Assembly (NCBI GenBank): GCA_002633005.1
Contig: NMRA01000524.1
Location: 59,441-123,440, forward strand
Reading direction: 5' to 3'
Origin: Phoronis australis
Lineage: Eukaryota; Animalia; Phoronida
DNA length: 64,000 nt
Both the position numbers and the translations under genes were made by a program. Positions 40,638-52,200 of the stretch are shown here, one piece after another (the first letter of the stretch is position 1; every line of letters starts with the position of its first letter). The notes under the pieces were generated by a model. That model was not told the origin of the DNA and did no database searches. It worked only from the letters and a program-made list of their open reading frames with translations.

Positions 40638-41890
40638 CTTGGGTGGGTCACTTAGGTGGATCGTTCTGGCCTTAATTAGAGGACCGATAAAGCTGAAACT
40701 TGGGGATGGCCATTTGGAGGATTGACCTTTCAAAAAAAAACAGAAACTTTAAGATTGCAGTTTTTCGACTGAAAAAATTCTTGTCTCCAGTTTCAAACAT
40801 TCTTTTTCTGAACGACGTAGAATGTTGAGTAACTAAAGTCTCTGGCAAGTTTTGAGTTCAATCGGATCGTTAATAAGGTCACGTGAAAATATCAAAGTTG
40901 AAAAGCGGCATTTTAGGCCTTTTCGTGCCTAAAAATTTTTGACCCCGATTTCAAAACTTTTCGTTGTTGAATTGGCCTTTACTCACTGACTCCAAAAACG
41001 TAAGTCGACACTTATGCTGAGTTCTAATAAGGTAACAGCTGGGATCAACGTTGGAAAATTAGAGGGAATCTGTGACTTTGACCTTAAACCTTGATCCCCG
41101 AAAAAGAGCGGGGCCTACAACTAAGACGCGTTTGTAAACTTGTACTTTACCATGCTTCAAAAATTTCTCAGTTTCGTAGTCTATAGGTCATTTGTCATGA
41201 ACGTATGAGTTCCCAAACTATAGCTAATTTTTGTCACAACTTTTCTGATATTTTGAAGGGGGTAGGCCACTTTGGGGCCCTCCTGGACCCTTACTAACAC
41301 CGGGAAAAGTACGATAATTACATTTGTATAGAGGAGAGACTGGGGGCTATCAGATGCACCAAGAATTTGTGAAATCGAAAACAAAAAAGTTTTGGACCCA
41401 AAAAAGACCCTTGGGTGGGTCACATTGGTGGGCCGCTATGACCTTAAATAGTTGGCCGGTCACGCTGAAACTTGGGGACTGACCATTTGGAAGATTGGTC
41501 ATTCAAATAAAAACAGAAGTTTTAAAATCGAAGACAAAAAAATTTTCGACCGAAAAAAAGCTAAGCTAAGGGTTTTTTGGGGGCCGAAAATGTTTTGGTC
41601 TCCATTTTCAAAAATTGTTTTTCAGATTGACGTAGAATGTTGAGAAACTTAAGCCCACCGAGTTTGAGTTCGATCGGATCGTTAGTAAGGTCACGCCGCA
41701 AGATTAAAGTCGAAAAACGTCATTTTTATACCTTTTCGCGCCTAAAAAAATTTTCGACCCCGATTTCAAAAATTCTTTCATTGTTGGTTAGCCCTTTACT
41801 TACTGACTCCAAAAACAGAAGTCCCCACTTCTGGTAAGCCCTTATAAGGTCAAATCCTTGGATCAAATTTGAAAAATAGGGGGAGTCCGC
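40638..41890. repeat. Interspersed repeat with a diverged internal direct duplication (offset 772 bp)
   Basis: cttgggtgggtcac at 40638 and 41410, then shared gctgaaacttgggga, gacgtagaatgttgag, atcggatcgtta and actgactccaaaaac blocks in the same order. Confidence 0.75.
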
Positions 41891-42653
41891 ACCTGTGTGC
41901 AATCTACACATTAACTTGATCATAAGTAATGTTTTATTTATTGAGCAATTAAGAAGTCTGGTTGTAAGTGAAAGTTGATCTATATCCAGCATTATTAAAA
42001 AGTTTATAAATTAAGAAGTACAGTTTTTAAAATATGTAAGATTCTCTCCTTAATTATGGCTGTAAGGACTTTGCATGCCGTATCATCCGTAAAATTGACA
42101 GTTTTGCTAAGACATGGGCGGCGCGGCTGGGGGGTGGCTATAGCCCACATTTTTCAATGCTGCTCCGCCCATGGTAAGGGCAGAGTGCCGAACATTTTCG
42201 TGACAAGACCAACGGATGAATACGTGAAAGTGTTTTAAGACTTTGCAAACTCTCTGAGGCTACCCTTAAAATACTGTTGGTTTCTGGTTTCCGTCGCCAG
42301 ACTTACTGCTCAGAGATGGGTAGGTCGGTTGGTAAAACATTTTACTCTTTCACTTTTCCGTTTCCGGGGAGCGTTCATTTTTCTTCTAACGAATATATCG
42401 TATTTACAAGTGGAAATAATAATTGTTTTGTCAGGTATCCAATAAACTATTTTGAGTCGTGCACGTATTTTACAGGCGGTTCCGAACTTCGCGTGAGGGG
42501 AACAAAACTAATTTTTATTTACGCCTTACCCCTTCTCAACAGTGAAAAATACATGTAGTTTGTTTTGCTCAGTTTGAGATAAACGTTTTATAACCCTTGA
42601 ATAGGGGTCTCGAGATTTGACATATGTTACGGGCCCTGCAATTGCTTGATGCG

Positions 42654-43080
42654 GCCCATTTTTTATTATTTTTAGTTTCCTAGTCATACAGGAAACTGAC
42701 AAGAAAATATTATTTGAAATCACCAGGATCCCACGAATTGGCCTCCAAAGCACCTCATAAATAGCTAAACACAAAATGGGCAAAATTTACCCCATTTTTG
42801 CGCTCCAGTTTAGGTGCCCACCATTTTATTTCCTTGCCCAACGTTTTCCTTCTTTGCTCCTACTACTGCTCCCCCCCCCCNCCCCCCCCCCCCTCCCCTA
42901 AACCCGCCTTATACAGTTACAGGCTATTTGTGCTATATGAATAACTGCGGCACTCAGAAGCGGTCTGACACACGAACAAAGCTCACAGTTGATGTGAATT
43001 AAGTCATCAATGAATGGGCTCAATTAATTATTCCCCTCTTCCCCCTAAGACCTTCTGTGATACTTTGGCGCCACATCGGG
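42654..43080 (+). repeat. Repeat block with an inverted copy at 56884-57212
   Basis: 42654-42825 is the reverse complement of 57049-57212, and 42990-43080 of 56884-56972. Confidence 0.85.
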
Positions 43081-43180
43081 AACTCCATTGAAAAGAACCC
43101 GGTGATGTAGTTCGTATGCTGATGACCTAATTCAATTTTTGGTTTGCGCTCAGTGGGACTTCGCAACAGTTAATTATGGT

Positions 43181-43304
43181 GGGCGTGGCCTAACTGTGTT
43201 TGTCGGCACCGCCCACTGAGTGCATATAATAGAACAACGGGGAGTGAATGCGAAGCCTCTTGTCACGTGACTTTTGTATTTCCCGCCAATGAGACTTCTA
43301 TTGG
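43181..43304. promoter_or_regulatory. Promoter-like motif cluster (GC box, E-box, E2F-like site, CCAAT boxes)
   Basis: GGGCGTGGCC at 43181, GTCACGTGAC at 43262, TTTCCCGCC at 43279, CCAAT at 43286 and ATTGG at 43300, all within 125 bp. Confidence 0.45.
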
Positions 43305-45602
43305 AACCAGAAAGACACTGCTATTGAGACAAGACAGAGACATGCTATTACTACTGCGATATACGAAACCTTACTACCACTTCTACTACTACTAGGAGAC
43401 CTATATATATATATATTGTGAAACCTGTATGATTACTACTACTACGAGATATGTATAATATATTGTGTGGAGTCCCTGAACAAGTGAGAAAGCCTTTCAT
43501 AGAATACCTGAACAGTTTCTGTGGATCCATCACCCAGTAAGTACTCTGCTTTTATAACTTCAACATTTATGGCTAAATGTTGGCGTTATAGCTTTGAGAT
43601 GTAACGTTGTTAGTTAGCGCTGAGTTGTTGAAACGGCAATTCTCTTTCAAAATATTTACTAGCTTGAGATGTGCAAAATGTCATTGGTTCACATATTTTG
43701 ATAGGGCTTCATTACAAAACGAGAACTAACACAGTTAGTTTTCAAGTGTTATTTTTTGCCGTCATAATGGAAACCATCGTGGAAATTTATTGAAAACCAT
43801 GCCTAGAATACACGTTATCGCTCGTGAGCCGTCTAGAGAATTCATAGCCTTTTCTGACCCTACGGTTTACCCGACACGTGACGACTGTGGGACCACGTCA
43901 GTGCTAAACGAAGAATTAATCCGGGGCTCTCAAGACCAAAATACATGAAAGACTAAGCAAAAATGCAGAAAATGACGTACTGCTCAAACTTTTTGTAAAG
44001 TAAAAACAAGAATTAATAAAAGTAATAATAAAATAATAATAATAAAAGTAAGCCACTGATAACACGATGATTTAAATTATGGCGAAAAGGGCCAAGCAGA
44101 AGAAAATCTTGAACAGACAAAAATGTTTAAACACATCCCGTCACGACTATAACTTATCATTTAAATCAACCTCTGTCATTGGTGTAATCGTATGTACATC
44201 ATTGGAGGATGATAATGGCGGTAAAGCCCGGTGTTAGTGAAAATTTCTATGTTCATGTCGTGCACAATTTTTATTTTCACTGAAACATAATCATGAACCC
44301 CAAACATCCCAAGATGCCGTTGTTTGGAACCCGAATTGTTGTTTTTATACTTTATTCTGCCTAACCGGCGTTTTACCTTTTCGCATAATTGCGCCAAAAT
44401 ATATTTTAAGTTCGCACAGGGTAATTTCGCCTAGTAAAGAGCACATATTACTGATAAAACAGGAGCACACTCAAACGTTTGGATCTCAGTCTTCGAATTT
44501 TGCATCACCCCAAGGATAAGCGGCAAAGGTATCGGTAGGAACTGTCTCAGACCCATGCGGGACTTAGTCAGCTGGCCGGGAAAAATAAGACTTCCGTACT
44601 CGGTGGCTAATGATCTCTTTTAGTACTTAAAATTACTTGAATTCAGATTGTAGTGTCGACGAGCGTTACCCACTGACCATTTGTTGTAACAGCCATGTTG
44701 TTTTTATTATAATAAGCACCAGCCACTTTAGTCTACGATTTCCTGAAAGCTGCAACATTGCCCGTGCACACGGCGGTAGTGCGACTGCTACGCGGCCTAT
44801 GATCGGTTCAGGCGTTAATTTCTGCTGAGCTATGGATTCTGCAATTCAGTGCCCTAGTGGCATCGTAGAATGGTGGCATGATTCTGGCCGTTCTGAAAAT
44901 TTTCCTATCTACTGATCGAGTCTTTGCTGCTTAACGAAGGCATGGAATTAGTCTCGCGTCCGGGCCAGTATCTTGGGCAGGCAGTGTACCTGCACTGAAG
45001 CAGGCCCACACACACACACGTGTTTCATAATCGTATTCGTACTCGTACAGTCGTAGTCCCAAGTGTTTGTAATACAGTCCAGGTCTGACCAGCATCTCAG
45101 CTGTCAAAAATTATGTTTGATGGCATACCACACAGGAAATAGGATTAGGCACCATATATAGGCATAGGGCCATAGGGGGCTGGGTATAGGGCTAAAATAG
45201 GTTATGCCCCCACTTTTTTCAGTGCTGCGCCACCCATGTGCGAGTGAACTACTTCCTCCATTAACGAAATCTATTGTTGATTTGAGACATGTTGTAGTCC
45301 ACGGCCCCTGACGTGAACTCCGACTTAGTCGTCTCGGCCCACATGTGAGCAAAATTGCTGAAGGAACCCCATTGCGAATTTGCTGTTAATGGATGAATTT
45401 TATTTTTGTAGGTTCTTTTCGGGATGCTGCCGTCATAGTCGACCGACCATAGATCCACCTTCACCACCCTGAGACCCAAAACCACTTGTAATTGACCATC
45501 AGCCGGTAAGATATATATTTATGAACATATGATGGCCTAAGAACTCTAGACATTTGCTCATTCCTAAAGTTTTGTTTTGGTTCATGAACAACACAAACCA
45601 TG

Positions 45603-46165
45603 CCTAATGGCATTTTTAGGTTTGCCTCTGTATGTTTTGTTTTGTATTACCATATTGCTACGCTTTCAGTCCCAATGGTCTGAGTGACTTATGCTCCTAC
45701 TGTTAGGAAGACTTATGTGGGGCCTACAGTTAGTTTTATTTTTTGGTCCACGGCTCAATCTCAGAAGCCCCTTTGTATGAAAAAGTACTGTATTACTGAA
45801 TCTTTAAGTCCATGGCGGGCTTATATCCTAAATAATATTTTTCGGGAGTGGTTTGCATCATGGCTCATGAACCTAAGTTTTGCATGCAAGCCCAAGTAGT
45901 GCCCATACATTAATTTGTATGGGGGTACACTTGTTTTGACTGCTGCTGGTATCCTAATGGCATTTTTACGTGCGGCCTCTGTATGTTTTGTTTTGTAATA
46001 CCATATTGCTACGCTTTTAGTCCCATTGGTCTGTATCGGAAAATACCTTTTTTCGCGTCTTTTATGTATCTAAGTGACTTATGCTCCTACTGTAAAGAAG
46101 ACTTATGTGGAGCCTATAGTTACAGTTTTATTTTTTGGTCAACGGCTCGATCTCAGAAGCCCCTT
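45603..46165. repeat. ~170 bp direct repeat, two copies (45603-45773, 45953-46165)
   Basis: cctaatggcattttta...tctcagaagcccctt occurs twice; the second copy has a ~40 bp insertion. Confidence 0.85.
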
Positions 46166-46859
46166 GCAGGAACTTTATTAAATGTGGAAAATGTATATAC
46201 TAATTCCATGAAAGTGACAACAGATGACACTGATATTCCTGGACTGTGCCATTAGCGCATCAAGAATATTTTGCATTTTGAGAGTGACCTGTCTCATTTA
46301 TCTTAGAGCCTCTATCATTCTGTTTGAGAAACCAAACTTGAATTCTCAGGAGACTGGTCTCAGATAGATTTCGAAGTTAATACTCAGTCTCTAAGTTCAT
46401 AACTTTATTTCATTTTGCCAAATGTGTCACCTCAGCGTTTGTAGTTTGTTGTAGTTATGATGCACACTCGAATATAGTTTATCGCATCTTTTACGCAATT
46501 TGTCTTCCTGTTGGTCATTGTAGTCCTAGGTACTGGAACATATCTTTGCTAATATTTTATCGCGTGTCATCATTTTAGCAACGCTGGGATTAAAAAATAA
46601 AGAGAACTCATTTATCGTAATCTATTTTGCCCGGTGTACGCCACGAGCTATGTTGCAGAGTAAAACAAGAGGAGGATTGCGAATAATGTCATTTATTATG
46701 ACGTAAATAGATAAAACTAAGACTCTGCAAGATGGGCATGGACAAAACACCCACCGGCGTGTGCGCAAAAATATCTTTTTACCAAAGCTGGGATTTACAA
46801 AAATGAAGAGAACTCATTTCTTCGTTACAAACAATTCCCTTGCACTGTTAAGACCAAGA

Positions 46860-48000
46860 AATTTACAACATCACGGTCTGATAGAGGTTTTTCAAATGTT
46901 GTTTCAAAACATAAAAACATCCGATTATGAAGAGTTAATTCAGGAATGCGATGCCCAATTGGAAAAAAAATCAAGAAAGTTATGTAAAAGGCCTATAAAT
47001 TCTTCGCACAAATAACCAATGGATTGAAGAAGGTGAGAAGGCAACAAAGTACCTTTGTGGCTTAGAAAAACGAAACTTTGTTAATACAACAATAACTAGG
47101 GTGATAAAGCCTTCTGGTGAAACAAATCAAAAAGAAATTTTAAGTGAATTAAAAAGTTTCTTAACGAAAAAATATTTTTTTCTGGAGAAAATGCATGTGA
47201 AATTGAGAATATCATTCATTGATGATTGTAGAAATTCAAAATATTAAAAAAATCAGCAACACTGATCGAGCAAGTTTAGATACTTTCATGTATATTAATC
47301 CACTAGAAATTGAAGTTACATTCAAGAAAATGGAAAATTTCAAAAGTTAAGTAATTGATGGTTTTACTGTTTAATTCAACAAATACTTTTCGAAGTTGTT
47401 TAGATCTTTAAAGTATAGTCTTGAATATGCTCTCCAAAATTCACATCTTGAGGGGGTAATTAATAAAAGTTCTGCCAAAACCCAGTAAGCCCAGAGAATT
47501 TTTTAACAAATTGTCGACCCTTGTACTTGTTCAATTAAAATTTAAAGATTTGTCATCATTTTTAGCACCAAGAGTGACGAAATTTCTTGAAAAATTGATT
47601 CATTCAGATTTGTCGGGTTTTTTATCTGGTCGATGTATTGATGAAAACACCAGACAGAACTCTTTAGGCTATGTCAGTTTGCATTATATGGACTCGAGAA
47701 AACTTTAGTCTTGTAACAATAATTGATTTTAGAGTATTTGATTCATCGTCCTTGAGTTTCGTGTTTAATGTTCTTAAAATGTTTGTCTTCGGGGATATTA
47801 TTGGTGAAAAATCACAACTTTATGTCGTGCAAAATGTTATTGCCTCTGACGTTTTCAAGGTAATTATTAAGTAAAGGGAATCAGCTGTGGAACTCGAGAA
47901 GTAAAAATTCTACTTCGTGCCAATGAAACAACAGATGGTTCAGACAAATCTATCAAAAATGCACTGGATTTTCAGCACCAATTTGCTAAATATTCGGGTC
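46860..48000 (+). mobile_element. Decayed L1/Tx1-clade LINE ORF2 (reverse transcriptase) fragment
   Basis: WIEEGEKATKYLCGLEKRN at 47020, then LPKPSKPREFLTNCRP and FKDLSSFLAPRVTKFLEKLIHSDLSGFLSGRCIDENTR. These follow the W-E-GEK-TKYF and NWRPISL...DYKI...DQ-GF-GR-I-N motifs, with many stops and frameshifts. Confidence 0.85.
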
Positions 48001-49229
48001 ACATGGAATATGGGGAACCAGGAAGTGTGATACCTGCCTCCGGTTCAGTAACACTAGGACCTCGCTAAAAAGCAAGACTGCGAGATTACAAGAGACATTG
48101 CTGTGTACTTTAACTGACGGAGAACACGTGACTTCGACTAGATTTTAGCTAGGTCTGAACGCACACCTGATTTCACAAAAACTTCATAATGATTTAAAAC
48201 AGAATTTTCGACTTAGGTGATTAACATTGATGTGAATCTAAACAAAATGATTGGTTTGAAGTAAGGTAATTGTGAACTTGTAGTTAATCGGTCATTCTTG
48301 ATCTTTTTTTAGGCTCGGATCTTTATGACCATTGCCGCCTGTCATCGACCATCAGCCAATCGACTGCATGCATTAATAAACAACACATCTACGCTTCCCC
48401 TCATTGACTAGTGGGATATTGACTACATCAAGGAATGGCACCTGCCTGTCGTCAACTGTGCACAGTACAGATGAACAGATAAGTTCAGAGAGTTCTTTNG
48501 TTATTGAGTTTCAAAACCATGAGCTGTTTTATGACAATGTCATTGTCGTACAAAAATAACTGAAGGTGTTCAGGGATACCAATCCCTAGTTTCAGCCATT
48601 CACTCTAGTAAAGAGGACGACGGGGTTGCCGATGGCTACATCTACCATCAACAACCTGACTTCCAGCATCAGCACCTATGATTGACAGCTATCGATGGGC
48701 AAGGTAATATCTGGAGTGTGACAATATGCTGAGGAATGAATGTGATGATGACGACAACTGATTATGTGAGTGTGTCCATTTTGATTTTTTTTTTGCATAA
48801 GGCTGGAGGAAATGGGAATGTTGAACAGTACAGTGTGAACTTTTGAGAAGAATGGTTTAGTAAAGACCAGGGAAATAACCTGGAGTATTGGGTCTTATTA
48901 ATCTGATGAAGTCCTCCTCGTAAATAACGTAATGCACGATAGGATGTCAATCAAGATAAATTATAGGTAATCAGTTTTCCTTGTTAAAAGGATTAAAACT
49001 TTCCTGTCAAGTTTTTCACGACAGGATGTCATTCAAGTTAAACGGGTAACGTCTTCCCCATAAAAAGGGAAATCTTTTGTTGAGTTTTCTCAACACAGGA
49101 TAATATTTGAGTTGAGATTATCATCATTGCTACTGAGCTGAAGAAACAGCGTGGCATTAAATTCAGATTTCCTAACTAATTAAAGTCTTGCCTGGCGGGT
49201 TGATGACAATTCCTTAAGTGTCGGTGGTT

Positions 49230-52200
49230 AAAGAATCCCTAACATATGACAAATTAATGGTGAAACGGTATGAAACTGATGAACCAATGAAATGCTATGA
49301 CTAAATTGAAAATGTTGAGTGACAAAGTTAAATGCAAAAAGTAAGTGAGCCCAAAACATGCGAGTTACTGACAAAGACCACCAAAAGAGTGTAAGTCAAA
49401 TGAAACTTTATGCAAAATTAATGGACTAATGAAATGAGAAACTTAAATGAATGCATAAAATATCACAAAGCCTAGTGGGTGTGACAAACCAAAATGAACT
49501 TGTAAAATGAGAGGGTGACATATAAATACACCTTCAAGCTGCTAAAAACCCAATTGAAACAGCATGAACTCGTAAAGGGAAAAATAATTGAATCCACAGA
49601 ATGTGAGAGTTTATGAATGAACGAAATGCGACACAAAGAAACCTGTGGTTGCCCAAGTTAAACACAAGCGAGAAATCCATAAAATGCTATGACTGAATGA
49701 AACCGTTGGGTGCGATGAAACAAAATGTGAAAATAAACAAATCAAGGAAATACCAGGGCATATTCAAAGACCCTAAATAGGAAAAGTCAAGACTGGTGCA
49801 AGATAAAATAAAGTAAAATCTTTCCCATCATTATGGGGAATTTTTCTGTTAAAATCATATTTGGAGGAGATTAAAGCGAAGAAGATGGGCTGATGAAAAT
49901 TCTCTAAATGCAACTGGTTAATGAATTTGTAAAAAGCGTGACAAAATAATGGTGAAATTGTATGAAAACATCAAATCCATCAAATGCTACGGGTAATTGA
50001 AATCGTTGAGTGACGAAGCTAAATGCAACAAATAAATGAACTCAAAAATGTGAAAATTAATGAACCAATAAAATTCAAGTAAATGATAAAAATATATAGT
50101 ATGTATCAAACAAAACTTAAAAAATGTATTACTAAAAAGTTAATAGACTAATGAGTCCCAAACCTTATAAGGTATGGTGAAACAAAATGAATGCAAGGTA
50201 TGAACCTAACAAAATCTTGTGTTGAGTGTGATAAAACTAAATGCAAAAAAATGAATCTAAAAATGTAAATATTGAGTTTATGACATCAACCTGTAAAATA
50301 GTAAAAAATTTGAAAAATGGACTAATGCAATGGGAGACTTTTATGGATGCGAAAAATGTCATCAACCCTAGAGGGTGCGACGAAGCAAAATGAACCTTTC
50401 AAATGAGAGGTTGACACCTGTATGCTGGTAAAAACTAATTGAAGAAGCATGAACTCGTGAAATGTTACTGGTTGAATGTGATGAATAAAATGGGAGAAAT
50501 GAATCTGTCAAATGTGACACAAAGAAATCTGTGATGATCCAAATTAAACATCAATGATGAATCTGTAAAATGCTACTAAGTCAAGTGATTGAGTGCGATA
50601 AAAAATAAATGTGAAAAATAAATGAGCTGAGGAATTACCGGCAGGGCATATTCAGACTTGCTGAATGGGTAAGAATAAGAGGAATTTTTCTATCGAATTC
50701 CATTTTCGAGGTGATGGAATCAAAGAAAGTGGACTGATGACAATTCTCTAAATGCGATAGGTTAAAGAATTTGAAATGCCTATTAAATTAATGGGTGCAT
50801 AAGGGGTAAAAAATAAATCAATTAATAAAATGAAAATGGGCACTGGAGAATTTGGAAAAGATGTCGGTGAAAAAATGATGGTAAAAAACAAGTAGAAATT
50901 AAAGTACAATGGATAAGTGAGTCCAATGACTGTCATAAAACAAGTGAAATCTGGGGAACTAGAAATTCTATAAAAGGTAATCAATTCATGATTTATTGGG
51001 GGATAAATTAATAAACCCGCCAGAATTACTAATGAAACGGCAAAGTATTAAGTAAATGAACCCACGAATAAATAAACTGATAATAAGAGTTGTAATAATG
51101 ATGAACTAGCAAAATGAGTGCAAGATCTTTCTGTCGCTACAAGGAAGTGACGTTGAATAAATGGTGTCATTGTGTAAGAAAATGGTGATATGGTGCGAAA
51201 CAAATGAATCCTTGATTGTAATCATTGTCAGTTTGATGAAGCTGAAGGCGAAAAGTAAATGAACCTCAAAATGTGAAAATTAGTAAACCAATAAAACGTT
51301 AATTGCAGAATAGGAGCAATAACTGGGAAACTTAATGAATGAATGAAATATCAATATAAAAATTTTCCCTATCAAACTCCTCTTTGGAGGAGATGAAAGC
51401 AAAAAGGTGGGCTGATAGACAATTCTCTAAATGCGACTGGTTAATGAATTTGTCATGTGGGACAAATTTATGAATGCATAAAGTGCGAAAACTAGCAAAA
51501 TGAGAGCATTCATGAAACCATAATAGGCACTGAAGAATTTGCAGAAGGTACAGTCTGGAGTAAAAAGCCATCACTCCAGTACAGATTATATTGAGTGTAC
51601 AGTAAATATTGAGTGAATCTATTAACTGTCATAAAACGGGTGAAGTAATGAACTTGAAATTATGTAAAAGTTATTCAATTAAAGAATTATAACAGGACAA
51701 AGTAAGAACCTTGTCACAAAACTAATTAAACAGCAAAACATGACCGGCATAGTGAAGCCATGAAGAAATCAACTAGAAGAGATGAAATAATGATGAACAA
51801 GCAAAGTGAGAGAAATTAATGAACCTGTAAGATGTAGTGATTGAGTGAATCGTTTAACTGCTACAAACAAGTGACACCGAAAACAGGTAAATAAATGACT
51901 TCAAGGTGTGAAGAATTGGTGAAATTGTGCAAACTGAGTTAACAAATAAATGAACCCGTTGAGTGTGATGAAGCTTAATGCGAAAAATAAGTGAATCCCA
52001 TATTATGTGAAAATTAATGATTCAATAAACGACATTCTAGTTGATGACAAAAGCTAGAAGTATAAATGAATCTAAACCATAAAATGTGAAAAATTAACAG
52101 AGTAATAGTAGAGCTATATGAAAATGCGAAATGTCAAAAACAAACAAACCCTTTATAGTCTGCGACGTATGTGAGAGTAAAATGTGATACTAGGCATCAA

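Noticed and set aside
40404-40733. 109-aa minus-strand ORF as a gene
   Set aside because: No recognisable domain, it overlaps a repeat boundary, and adjacent frames are full of stops.
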